Source of the DNA: Planctomycetota bacterium
Lineage (GTDB): Bacteria; Planctomycetota; UBA1135; UBA2386
Length of the DNA: 64,000 nt
Assembly (NCBI GenBank): GCA_965228735.1
Contig: OZ245838.1
Location: 3,360,001 to 3,424,000, forward strand
Direction of reading: 5' to 3'
Below the pieces are notes generated by a model. That model saw nothing but the letters and a program-made list of their open reading frames with translations, did not search any database and was not told where the DNA came from. The stretch's first letter is position 1. Each line of letters begins with the position of its first letter. Positions 30,221-39,538 of this stretch are shown here, in pieces. The translations under genes and the position numbers were made by a program.

Positions 30221-31357
30221 ATGAAACCGACTGCCATCCTCACGCTCGTCGTCCTGCTCTCCTCGGCCGCCGCGGCCCAGACCTTCGTCGTCGATGCGAA
30301 CAACGGGCCGGGCGCGAGCTTCACCTCGATCGCCACGGCCGTGGCCGCGGTCCCCGATGGCGCCGTGCTCGAGGTGCGCGCCGGCGCCTACGACTCGTTC
30401 GCGATCCAGAACAAGAGCCTCACCGTGCTCTGCGACCCGGGCACGTCCGTTGCCGCGACCGGGCTCTTCGCCAACGCGTTCGCGAACGTCTCGGACCTTG
30501 CGGCCGCCCAGAGCGTCACGATTGCGGGGCTCTCATTCAGCGGGTTGCTCGTCACGGGCATCATCGCGTGCGTAGACTGCGCGGGTACGGTCGTCATCGA
30601 TCGTTGTACGATAGGCAGCAGCTTCGGCCCGATGGGCCGCGTCCAGGCGACGGACTGCGACAACGTGGTCGTGCGCGACTGCATGGTCGCGTCACGGGAG
30701 ATCGGGCCCGGCGCCATCCAGTGCGTCGACAGCAACATGCTTCTCTCGGGCTGTGACATCGACGGCGAGTCGTTCGCGATCCGACTCGGTGGCGGCCGCG
30801 TACACGTGACCGACTGCATCCTCGCGAGCACGCCACAGAACATCCAGTTCGCGACGGCGGTCTGCTTCCTCACCGGCGGCGAGCTCGTGCTCAACGGCAG
30901 CACGCGGCTGAGCTCCACCGCGAGCACACCGCAGCCCGCGGCGGTCGGCAACGGCTTCGTCGCGCTCGATCCGAGCACGGTGTTCTCGGGACTCACGAGC
31001 CCGCCCTTCGATCCGAACCTCACGGTCACGACGCGCCCGATCCCGCGGCTCACGTCGTCACGTGGCCTGCTCGGCGGCGTCGCGAACGCTTCGCTCGCGG
31101 TGCCGATCGGCGGCAGCGGCGTGCTCTGCGTCGGTTTCGCCGGCGGTCCGGCGGCGGTGCCCGGCGTGATCGATCCGATCTGGCTCCAGACCGGCGCTGT
31201 GCTCGAAGCACTGGGCAGCGGACCCGTTCTCGCCGGTGCCTACGCGGTGCCCAACGCGCCGTGGGTGATCGGCGTGCAGATCGCGTGGCAGGGCGTCGTG
31301 CTCGATCCAAACGGCGCCGTGCGGGCGAGCAACGCGGCGGTGTATACGCACTACTGA
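30221..31357 (+). CDS. Secreted pectin-lyase-like beta-helix protein with shared C-terminal module
   Basis: Signal AAQ; VVDANNGPGASFTSIATAV...VRAGAY start typical of beta-helix exoproteins. Confidence 0.75.
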   Translation: MKPTAILTLVVLLSSAAAAQTFVVDANNGPGASFTSIATAVAAVPDGAVLEVRAGAYDSFAIQNKSLTVLCDPGTSVAATGLFANAFANVSDLAAAQSVTIAGLSFSGLLVTGIIACVDCAGTVVIDRCTIGSSFGPMGRVQATDCDNVVVRDCMVASREIGPGAIQCVDSNMLLSGCDIDGESFAIRLGGGRVHVTDCILASTPQNIQFATAVCFLTGGELVLNGSTRLSSTASTPQPAAVGNGFVALDPSTVFSGLTSPPFDPNLTVTTRPIPRLTSSRGLLGGVANASLAVPIGGSGVLCVGFAGGPAAVPGVIDPIWLQTGAVLEALGSGPVLAGAYAVPNAPWVIGVQIAWQGVVLDPNGAVRASNAAVYTHY

Positions 31358-31458
31358 TCTGCTCGCTGGTCGCAATTCTCCTACGACCACCGCACGCTGC
31401 CGCCCACCGTGGCGTCCGGAGCGAAGCCCGCGACATCCCTCGCCGGACGGACGCCGAC

Positions 31459-31914
31459 TCAATCGAACACGAACGGCGGCCGCCCGCGCTTTTCCCGCAT
31501 GCCGTTCATCGCGCGCAGGATCGCGGGGCGGCGCACGATGCGGCGCTCGAGCGCGTGCTTGCCCGGGAAGTCCATGATCAGCAGCCCGACGAGGATCATC
31601 AGCAGGCCCTGGCCGGGCAGCAGCAGCAGGATGAGGCCGACGATCACGAGCACCGTGCCGAACGTGTTGCGCAGGACGAGCCAGAGCCAGCCGAGCAGCG
31701 ACCGTTGCCGTGCGCGCGCCGCCGTCGAAATCGCGAAACGGTCGGCCGGCAGCCGCGCGACGAGCAACGGCAGGAACACGATGGCGAGCAGGACCGTGCC
31801 GACACCCGTGCCGAACATCGTCCAGAACACGACGGGGCTCGCGAGCCAGTCGAGCACCGGCTCCCACCACGCGGACGGTGCCGCGGGGTCGCCCGTCGCC
31901 GGGTCCTGCGTCAA
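31459..31914 (-). CDS. PGPGW-family two-TM membrane protein
   Basis: GLILLLLPGQGLLMILVGL..MDFPGK..LE...RPPF; TTG start overlapping the upstream TGA. Confidence 0.82.
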   Translation of the reverse strand: MTQDPATGDPAAPSAWWEPVLDWLASPVVFWTMFGTGVGTVLLAIVFLPLLVARLPADRFAISTAARARQRSLLGWLWLVLRNTFGTVLVIVGLILLLLPGQGLLMILVGLLIMDFPGKHALERRIVRRPAILRAMNGMREKRGRPPFVFD

Positions 31915-33302
31915 CTCCCGACCGTCGCGCGACCGGCGTCGGAGGCCGTGACGCCCGCAGCGTTGCCCGCGAGCGGGTCGAACACCGCGGCCTGCACGTA
32001 GAAGACGAGACCGTCGAAGCCGCTCGGGATCGACAGCAGCCACTGCACCGAAGAGCCGCCGTGCCCCTGCGTCGCGCCGAAGTCGATCGCGGTGTAGAGC
32101 GTGCACCCCGGCATGCCGAAGCCGGCGAGGCCGAGCGGCAACGGCGCGCCGTTCCAGTTCTGGTCGTCGAAGCCGAACGCGAGATAGCAGAGTCCGGCAG
32201 CAGTCGGCAGGTTCGTCAGTTCGAGCGTGAACACGGAGTTGCTGCGCGGCAGCGAACCCGCGAGTGGCTGCAGCTGCGGCACGCCGCCGCTGCCCGCGCA
32301 ACCCTGGCCGAACGCGAGGTAGTCGGCCTGCACGCCGCCGGCGAACTCCCACGTCTCGCGGAACCACGTCTGCAGGTTACCCGTCGCGCCGCCGTAGACG
32401 ACGAGGTTCCCGGCCGGCACGTTCGCCGCGATCATCATGCCGGTGCGTGAGCTCGGCGTGCCGGACTGCAGGATGGTCCACGCGCTGCCGTCGTAGGCGA
32501 ACGTGTCGGTCGAGAACGTGCCGTTGGGCGTGCGCCCGCCGTAGAGCACGCTCGCACCGGTCGCGAGGTCGAACGCCATCGCGGCGCCCATGACGCCGAG
32601 GCCCGGCGTCGCGGACGGCGCCGGGCCGACCGTCGCGGTGACGTTCGTCCAGTCCACGCCGTCATACTCCCAGGTGCTCTGATCGGGCGCGCCGAACAGG
32701 CTCGTGCCGCCCGTCAGCACGCAGACGTTGCGGATCGGATCGAAGCACATCGATGACCGGTAGCTCTCGCTCGGCGCGCTCGCCGTCGCCACCGACGTCC
32801 AGGTCGTGCCGTCCCATTCCCAGGTGTCCGTGAGCTCGAACGGCGCATTCGGGTTCGTCGTGCCGCCGAAGAGCACGGTCACCTGCCGCGCCGAGTCGTA
32901 GGCCATGACGTGGCCCTGGCGCGCCGGCGGACTCGTGGCCGGCGACGCGAGGGTCCAATCGGTCCCGTCCCACTCCCAGGTGTCACCGAGCACACCGCTC
33001 GCGCCGAGGCCGCCGAACATCACGAGTCGACCGCGCGCGACGTCGTCGGCCATCGCGTTCTCCCGGCGCGCGGGTGGTGCCGTCGCCGGCGTGAGCTGCA
33101 CCCAGTCCTGCGCGCGATAGGCCCACGTCTGCCCCAGCGCCGGCCAGCCGCCGAACTGGATCACGTCTGCGGTCACGAGGTGGCCGGCCATCGCGCCGTC
33201 GCGCACGTTGCCGGGGTCGGACGTCGTCGAAACCGGGGTCCAGGACTGGGCGGCAAGGGACGTCGCCGACAGAGCAGCGCACAGCAGAACGGGACGATTC
33301 AC
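31911..33302 (-). CDS. Secreted Kelch-repeat protein with shared C-terminal module
   Basis: Signal AAQ; PPARQGHVMAYDSAR..TVLFGG...DTWEWDG repeats; GTG start. Confidence 0.88.
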   Translation of the reverse strand: MNRPVLLCAALSATSLAAQSWTPVSTTSDPGNVRDGAMAGHLVTADVIQFGGWPALGQTWAYRAQDWVQLTPATAPPARRENAMADDVARGRLVMFGGLGASGVLGDTWEWDGTDWTLASPATSPPARQGHVMAYDSARQVTVLFGGTTNPNAPFELTDTWEWDGTTWTSVATASAPSESYRSSMCFDPIRNVCVLTGGTSLFGAPDQSTWEYDGVDWTNVTATVGPAPSATPGLGVMGAAMAFDLATGASVLYGGRTPNGTFSTDTFAYDGSAWTILQSGTPSSRTGMMIAANVPAGNLVVYGGATGNLQTWFRETWEFAGGVQADYLAFGQGCAGSGGVPQLQPLAGSLPRSNSVFTLELTNLPTAAGLCYLAFGFDDQNWNGAPLPLGLAGFGMPGCTLYTAIDFGATQGHGGSSVQWLLSIPSGFDGLVFYVQAAVFDPLAGNAAGVTASDAGRATVGS

Positions 33303-33312
33303 GGGTAGCCTC

Positions 33313-33364
33313 GGAGCGGTGGCACGGAGCGGTGGCACGGAGCGGTGGCACGGAGCAGTGGCAC
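33313..33364. repeat. 13-bp tandem repeat (ggagcggtggcac x3 plus one near-perfect copy)
   Basis: Perfect copies at 33313, 33326, 33339; one-mismatch copy at 33352; degenerate copies to ~33391. Confidence 0.92.
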
Positions 33365-33440
33365 GAGTTGCGACGGCACGCGTTGCGGCACCAGGATAGG
33401 GAGCCGCACCCGCGCTCGAAAGTCTCGGCTCTCGCGGCGG

Positions 33441-34529
33441 TCAATCGCCCGTGAGAGCGCCCCAGACCAGAGCCCCGAGGAAGTCCACGCAGACGGTGAG
33501 CGGCGTCAGGAGGACCTTCGTCGTGAGATCGGCGCCGGCCGTCGTCCGCCGTTCGACGTCGCGGAACTCGAGTCGCCACTCCCCACGCCAGACCGACGAC
33601 TCGGCGAGGGCCTCCGCGGCCGCCGCGGTTGCGACCGTCGGATGCACCGACCACTCGGACACGTGGGAGTAGCCACCGCGGTGGCCGCGCTGCAGCCCGG
33701 CCCACAACCACACGACGTCCGGTCGCAGGGCGTAATACTCCTGTTGCTGGCCATCGTGGACGACGGCGAGAATCCGCAGGTTGGCGAGCGCGGCCAGGCG
33801 ATCGGGCAACGGCCCGCGGCCACCGGCGGTCGGCCCGATCAGGCGCGCGGCGTGTTGCCCGTTCTGCAGCGGCCGCAGCTCGGCGTCGACCCAGCCGAGC
33901 GCCGCGAGGTGCGGGCGGCCGAGCTTCGGTCCCGGCACCCAGATCGCGGGGTCGAGCGCCAGGAGTCGTTCGGTGCAATCGACGAGCAGCTGCGGCGTGT
34001 CCCCCGGCAACACGTAGCTCTGCAGGTAGTCCATCGCCGGAACGCGGCGAACGCGTTCGAGGGCTGCGATCGACACCTCGGGCACCGCCTCGACGGTGCG
34101 CTCGGGGAACCACTGCCCCGTGAGCACGAGCTGCGCGACGCTCTGCGAGAACCACCCGTTCCGGCGCTCGCGCACGAACTCGAGCCGAACGCTCTCGCAC
34201 CGGAACGCCGCCGGATCGGACAGCAGCACGAGGGCGCTCTCCGCCTCCTCCCCCGGGCGCAAGGTCCAGGCCGATCGCGCTCCGGCGAATCCGCTCGCCG
34301 CCGGCACCTCGGCGCCTGGCGACAGTTCGGCGTCGACCGCCAACCGAGGCCCGGCGTCATCGGACTCCACGACGAGCGCGAATTCGCCGCCCGGCCCGGC
34401 GTACTGCGCCCGGATCACCTGGACGACCTCGCTACCCTGCTCCCACAGCCGCTGCGTGGCCAGGCCGCACCCCGCGGTGACGGTCAGGAGGCCCCACGCA
34501 GCCAACGTGCTGAATCGGGTGCGGATCAC
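33441..34529 (-). CDS. Hypothetical lipoprotein
   Basis: GTG start, lipobox TAGC (GLLTVTAGC), C-terminal KVLLTPLTVCVD hydrophobic tail. Confidence 0.65.
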   Translation of the reverse strand: MIRTRFSTLAAWGLLTVTAGCGLATQRLWEQGSEVVQVIRAQYAGPGGEFALVVESDDAGPRLAVDAELSPGAEVPAASGFAGARSAWTLRPGEEAESALVLLSDPAAFRCESVRLEFVRERRNGWFSQSVAQLVLTGQWFPERTVEAVPEVSIAALERVRRVPAMDYLQSYVLPGDTPQLLVDCTERLLALDPAIWVPGPKLGRPHLAALGWVDAELRPLQNGQHAARLIGPTAGGRGPLPDRLAALANLRILAVVHDGQQQEYYALRPDVVWLWAGLQRGHRGGYSHVSEWSVHPTVATAAAAEALAESSVWRGEWRLEFRDVERRTTAGADLTTKVLLTPLTVCVDFLGALVWGALTGD

Positions 34530-34610
34530 GAGGTCCGAGCGCGATCGACGACCCGGCGTTGCGGGCTCCTCGACTCCCGCTGGCCCGAATGCCGATAGTC
34601 CGTTACGCCT

Positions 34611-35963
34611 ATGAGCGCACCCACCATGGCCGAGTCCAGCTCTCCCGCCCAAAAGCTCCAAGCCCGCATCCAGGACCGCACCGCGACGATCGGCATCGTC
34701 GGCCTCGGCTACGTCGGGCTGCCGCTGCTGCGCGCGTTCTTCCGCGCCGGCTTCCCCGTCCTCGGCTACGACGTCGACGACGAGAAGATCGCGATGCTCG
34801 AGCGCGGTGAGTCCTACCTCAAGCACCTCGGCGAGGACTTCGTCAAGGAGCTCAGCGAGTCCGACAAGTTCGCGGCGACCTCGGATCCCGCGAAGCTCGC
34901 GGACGCGGACGCGATCATCCTCTGCGTGCCGACCCCGCTCGGGCGCCACGGCGAGCCCGACATGAGCTACATCGTGAAGTCGAGCGAGATGGTGGCCAAG
35001 GTGCTCCGCCAGGGTCAGATCGTGTCGCTCGAGTCGACGACCTACCCGGGCACGACGCGCGGCGACTGCCTGCCGATCCTCGAGCGCTCCGGCCTCGTCG
35101 CGGGCGAGGACTTCTTCGTCGCCTACAGCCCGGAGCGCGAGGATCCGGGGCGGCAGGACCACAGCACCCAGACGATCCCGAAGCTCGTCGGTGGCATCTG
35201 CGAGACCAGCACGCAGCTCGGCAGCGAGCTCTACTCGACGGCGATCGAGGAGGTCGTGCCAGTCGACTCGGCCGAGGTCGCCGAGGCCGCGAAGCTGCTC
35301 GAGAACATCTACCGCTGCGTCAACATCGCGCTCGTGAACGAGCTCAAGCCCGTGCTCGCCGCGATGGGCATCGACGTCTGGAAGGTCGTGCAGGCCGCGA
35401 GCACGAAGCCGTTCGGGTTCCAGGCGTTCTACCCGGGCCCCGGACTCGGCGGACACTGCATCCCGATCGATCCGTACTACCTCACGTGGAAGGCCAAGGA
35501 GTTCGGCCACCACACGCGGTTCATCGAGCTCGCGGGCGAGATCAACAACTCGATGCCGGGCTACGTGATCAAGCGCACGGCCGCGGGGCTCAACGACGCC
35601 GGCAAACCGCTGCGCGGCAGCAAGGTGCTCGTGATCGGTCTGGCGTACAAGCCCGACGTCGACGACGTGCGCGAGACCCCGGCAGCGGAGATCATCAAGC
35701 AGCTGTTCGAGCACGGTGCGGACGTGAGCTACCACGACCCGCACGTGCCGCTGTTCGCCGGGATGCGGAAGTACATGGAATATCGCATGCACTCGACGCC
35801 GCTGACGGAAGCGACCGTCAAGGCCGCGGATTGCGTCCTGATCGTGACCAACCACCGGGCGATCGATTGGAAAATGATCGCGGAGCATGCAACGCTCGTC
35901 GTCGATTCGCGCAATGCGATGCATGAGCACCTTCCGATCCGCGGCAGCTACGTGCAGGCGTGA
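34611..35963 (+). CDS. UDP-N-acetylhexosamine 6-dehydrogenase (WbpA/WecC family)
   Basis: GLGYVGLP, CVPTP, ESTTYPGTT, YSPEREDPG, KLLEN, GGHCIPIDP, GLAYKPDVDDVRE. Confidence 0.93.
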   Translation: MSAPTMAESSSPAQKLQARIQDRTATIGIVGLGYVGLPLLRAFFRAGFPVLGYDVDDEKIAMLERGESYLKHLGEDFVKELSESDKFAATSDPAKLADADAIILCVPTPLGRHGEPDMSYIVKSSEMVAKVLRQGQIVSLESTTYPGTTRGDCLPILERSGLVAGEDFFVAYSPEREDPGRQDHSTQTIPKLVGGICETSTQLGSELYSTAIEEVVPVDSAEVAEAAKLLENIYRCVNIALVNELKPVLAAMGIDVWKVVQAASTKPFGFQAFYPGPGLGGHCIPIDPYYLTWKAKEFGHHTRFIELAGEINNSMPGYVIKRTAAGLNDAGKPLRGSKVLVIGLAYKPDVDDVRETPAAEIIKQLFEHGADVSYHDPHVPLFAGMRKYMEYRMHSTPLTEATVKAADCVLIVTNHRAIDWKMIAEHATLVVDSRNAMHEHLPIRGSYVQA

Positions 35964-36000
35964 GCCCTGCCGTGGCCGGCCAGGCCGTATCATGGGGCGC

Positions 36001-36762
36001 ATGGCCGCCTCCCTGCGAACTCTGGCGCTCCCCACCGTTCTCGCGCTGATCGCCGCCAGCGCGAACCTGACGGCGCAGCGCATTCACCCCCAGTTCCGTT
36101 TCGAGTTCGGCGTCGCCCCGGGCTGGGCGTTCCACGACACGGACGGCAGCAACGCCGACGGCGACACGTCCGGCGCCCTGCTGCGGGCCCGCTTCGAAGG
36201 CGTCGGCCGCAGCGGCTTCGGCGGCGGCATCCGCTTCGAGAACTGGGGCTCGGACGACGACCTGTTCGTCGACGAGGGTTTCGCCGCGGAGGAGTCGCGC
36301 GCGTTCGCGATCTTCCCGCACTTCACCTACCGCATCGTCCAGGGCCGATTCCGTGCGCCGATCCGCGTCGGCATCATGGCCCACAACTACGAGCTCGAGA
36401 ACGTCGCGACGGGCCAGACGACCCTCGAGGTCGACTCGTTCGGCCCGCGCGTCGAGATCGCGCCCGAGTTCGTCCTGCACCACGGCCGCCATGTGCAGCT
36501 GTCGGCCTACGGCGAGTTCGGTTTCGCGGTCACCTACTCCGAAGCCGAGGTGCAGGGCTTCTCGAACGACTTCGACTCGTCGTCCGGCTTCCTGTTCCTC
36601 GAACTCGGCATGCGTACGCGCTTCGACTTCTTCGAGATCGGCGCCGCGTTCGTGACGCAAGGCATGTTCATGGCCGAGAGCGACATCGAAAACAACACCA
36701 TCGTCAACGGCTTCGACGCGAACTTCACCGGCTTCGTCTTCACCGGCGCATTCGTCTTTTGA
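36001..36762 (+). CDS. Outer-membrane beta-barrel protein
   Basis: Signal TAQ; alternating aromatic beta-strands; C-terminal FVFTGAFVF ending in Phe. Confidence 0.75.
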   Translation: MAASLRTLALPTVLALIAASANLTAQRIHPQFRFEFGVAPGWAFHDTDGSNADGDTSGALLRARFEGVGRSGFGGGIRFENWGSDDDLFVDEGFAAEESRAFAIFPHFTYRIVQGRFRAPIRVGIMAHNYELENVATGQTTLEVDSFGPRVEIAPEFVLHHGRHVQLSAYGEFGFAVTYSEAEVQGFSNDFDSSSGFLFLELGMRTRFDFFEIGAAFVTQGMFMAESDIENNTIVNGFDANFTGFVFTGAFVF

Positions 36763-36768
36763 CCCCCG

Positions 36769-37542
36769 TCAGCTGACGAAACGGTACTTCACGATCGCCC
36801 AGAGCGCGGCCACGCCGTCGCGCCAGGTGATCTTCTTCCCTTCGCTGTACTTGCGGCCCTGGTAGCGGATCGGCACCTCCCAGATCCGCACCGGCAGCTT
36901 CGCGACCTTGGCCGTGACCTCGGGCTCGACCGTGAAGCGCTTGCTGTGGATCACGATCTGCTGCAGCACTTCGCGACGGAAGCACTTGTAGCACGTCTCC
37001 ATGTCCGTGAGGTTGAGGCCCGTGAACAGGTTGCTGAAGAACGTCAGGACCCGGTTGCCGAAGTAGTGATAGAACTGGTCGCGCTCGCGCCCCGGGTCGC
37101 GGTCATCGACGAGGTAGCGCGAGCCGTAGACGACATCAGAGACGCCCGTGAGGATCGGCTCGATCAGCGTCGGATAGTCGGCCGGGTCGTACTCGAGGTC
37201 GGCGTCCTGCACGACGACGACGTCGCCCTTGGCCGCCAAAAAGCCGGTTCGCAGGGCGGCGCCCTTGCCCTTGTTCCGCTCGTGCTCGATGACGTGCAGC
37301 TCCGGGTGCGCCGCGGCGAGCTCTTTGAGGATCTTGCGGCTGTCGTCCACGCTGCCGTCGTCGACGAGCACGATCTCCTTCGGGATATCGACCGCGCGGA
37401 CGGCGGCGACGATCTCGCGCAGCGTCGCCTCCTCGTTGTAGACGGGCATCACGACGCTGAGCAGGAAGCCATCCGGCAGCGGCGGCTTCGCGCCATGCTG
37501 CGGTGGCGGCGCGTTCGGGTCGGGGCTCGAAGGAGGACTCAC
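36769..37542 (-). CDS. GT2 polyprenol-phosphate glycosyltransferase (DPM1-like)
   Basis: SVVMPVYNE, VDDGS.D, NKGKGAAL, QDADLEYDP, VYGSR, TDMETCYK, EGKKITWRDG. Confidence 0.93.
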   Translation of the reverse strand: MSPPSSPDPNAPPPQHGAKPPLPDGFLLSVVMPVYNEEATLREIVAAVRAVDIPKEIVLVDDGSVDDSRKILKELAAAHPELHVIEHERNKGKGAALRTGFLAAKGDVVVVQDADLEYDPADYPTLIEPILTGVSDVVYGSRYLVDDRDPGRERDQFYHYFGNRVLTFFSNLFTGLNLTDMETCYKCFRREVLQQIVIHSKRFTVEPEVTAKVAKLPVRIWEVPIRYQGRKYSEGKKITWRDGVAALWAIVKYRFVS

Positions 37543-38969
37543 GAGGGGTCCGCAGTGTGCCCGGTCGCCCGGTCATCGGCAACACCGCGCGCGATCGCCG
37601 CGAGCAGCACGACGGCCACGGGCAGGAGCTGGAACGTGACGCGCCGGTGCGACGTGTCGAGATGGAAGCGCAGCTCGAGGAAGCTGCCGACGTAGACGAG
37701 GTGCAACCCGACGAGCGCGCCGAGCAGCGCGAGCGTCGGGACCGCGAGTGACCCGAGCGTGATCCGCGGCACCAGCACGAGCGCGAACAGAACGAGCGCG
37801 AACGCCGCGTGCGTGTGATCGAGCGCGAGCAGCGCATGGCAGGCCTCGAGGATCAGCGCCGGCACGCGCTCGGGCCATTGCTCCGCCATCAGCTCGAACA
37901 TCGACTTGCCCGTCGGATTGTGGCCGAACAGGTCGCTCTGCAGACCGAAGCGGCGGTTCCACATCGCCGTGTTCAGCACAACGGCGGCCGCCGGCAGCAG
38001 CGCGAGCAGATCGAGTGGTCGATGCCGCGCCGCCGCGCCCGCGACAGCGCGCGCCGGGCCAAACCGCCGCAGCCCGGCCGCACACGACGCCGCGATCGCG
38101 AGGCTCACGAGGTAGAGCATCGGCTCGTTCTTCGACCACAACGCGAACGCGAGACCGAGCCCGGCGAGCCCGAGCATCGCACGGTCGCCCGTCGCGCGGA
38201 ACCGCAACCAGCCGTCGAGCAGCACGACGAGTCCGAGCGCGACCATGCCGTCCGCGTAGGCGGTGCGGCACAGGTTCTGGAACTCCGGTTCGAGCAGCAC
38301 GAGGCTCGCGAACACCGCAGCCATCCAGGCCGGCAGCAGCCGCCGCACCGCACCCGCGACCGCGACGAACAACGCCACGTCGCACAGCTGCACGAGCCAG
38401 CGGTTCTCGAACTGCACGAACCCGGGGTCGAGCAGCGTGTAGACCCAGGCCTGCAGCCAGGGGTTGAGCCGCGGATAGTCGGGGTGCAGGTTGTGCACCT
38501 GTGCTGCGCCGAAGCCGTCGCCCCAGTCGACGAGCAGTGACTTCGCCTGCAGCGACCAGATGTTGCCCTCGTCGCCCTCGACGCACGGCCGATCGAGGCC
38601 CGCGAGCGCAAACCACACGGCCAGTCCGGCGCCGAGCGCGACGAAGACCGCGTAGCCGACGATCTGCTGCCGCTCCGCGGGCGCGGCACCCGCGTCCGGT
38701 GCGCGGCTGCGGCGCCGCAGCCACGCAGCCGTGAACAGCACGAGCGCGAGCCCGATCGGCGCGGCCAACGGGAACCCCGCCGCCCACAGTCCGCCGACCT
38801 CACGCGTGACGCGCAGCACGACAGAGAGCAGCAGGCACCCGACGAGCCAGCACCACGCGGGGTAGGCGATCGGGTCGCGGCGCCAGCGAATGCCGAGCAG
38901 CACGAGCGCGGCGACGCCGAGCAGCGCCGGCGTCGCGACGGCCACGAACCGCATCGCGAAGCCGTCCAT
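37539..38969 (-). CDS. Multi-TM GT-C-fold (ArnT/PMT-like) glycosyltransferase
   Basis: About 12 hydrophobic segments; DEGNIW..QAK in the first loop, HPDYP, YADG, KNEP. Confidence 0.7.
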   Translation of the reverse strand: MDGFAMRFVAVATPALLGVAALVLLGIRWRRDPIAYPAWCWLVGCLLLSVVLRVTREVGGLWAAGFPLAAPIGLALVLFTAAWLRRRSRAPDAGAAPAERQQIVGYAVFVALGAGLAVWFALAGLDRPCVEGDEGNIWSLQAKSLLVDWGDGFGAAQVHNLHPDYPRLNPWLQAWVYTLLDPGFVQFENRWLVQLCDVALFVAVAGAVRRLLPAWMAAVFASLVLLEPEFQNLCRTAYADGMVALGLVVLLDGWLRFRATGDRAMLGLAGLGLAFALWSKNEPMLYLVSLAIAASCAAGLRRFGPARAVAGAAARHRPLDLLALLPAAAVVLNTAMWNRRFGLQSDLFGHNPTGKSMFELMAEQWPERVPALILEACHALLALDHTHAAFALVLFALVLVPRITLGSLAVPTLALLGALVGLHLVYVGSFLELRFHLDTSHRRVTFQLLPVAVVLLAAIARGVADDRATGHTADPS

Positions 38970-39538
38970 CACTGCGGCCCGAGCCAGCGCCACAGCCGCA
39001 GCCGGGCGCCGCCACCGATCGACTCGGTGTGCAGGAGTTCGTAGCGGCCGCCGATCGCGAGCACGGCGTCGCCCTGCGTGCCGTCGAGCACGAGCAGTCG
39101 ACCGGCGAGCGCGGGCTCGAGCTTCTCGAGCAGCGGCGGTGCTCCGCTCGCGAAGTGCACGTCGCGCGGCCTCGGGTAGAGCAGGTTCTTCGTGCGTTCG
39201 AACTGCAGCCGCAGCAGGAACTCGAGGTCCGTCCCGACGTAGGGACTGTAGAGCACGAGTCGGCCGCCATCGGGCAACGCCTCGCGGACGGCGGTGACGA
39301 ACGCCGGACCGATGCCCGTCACGCGTTGGATGCGTTCGGCGGCCGGCAGCGTCACGCCCCGTCGGACGGCGGGCGCGATGTTCGCCGCAGCACTCCACGT
39401 CGCGGGCACCAGGACCGGCAGCCGTACGAGCACGACGATCGCGAGCAGGACCAGCCACACCAGCGTCGCTCCGCGAACGCGCGGGCCATCGGTCGCGGTG
39501 GCCGCCGCGTTCGGGTCTGACTCAGACGGATCGGTCAC
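38969..39538 (-). CDS. Hypothetical single-TM membrane protein
   Basis: GTG start inside the tetR 3' end; TM LVWLVLLAIVVLV; TGATG coupling to the GT-C gene. Confidence 0.6.
   Translation of the reverse strand: MTDPSESDPNAAATATDGPRVRGATLVWLVLLAIVVLVRLPVLVPATWSAAANIAPAVRRGVTLPAAERIQRVTGIGPAFVTAVREALPDGGRLVLYSPYVGTDLEFLLRLQFERTKNLLYPRPRDVHFASGAPPLLEKLEPALAGRLLVLDGTQGDAVLAIGGRYELLHTESIGGGARLRLWRWLGPQ

Noticed and set aside
33313..33391. CRISPR-like array
   Set aside because: 13-bp head-to-tail units without spacers; no cas genes
34530..36083. 5' part of the 880-aa minus ORF
   Set aside because: Antisense to the sugar dehydrogenase; only 33441-34529 looks like a real lipoprotein
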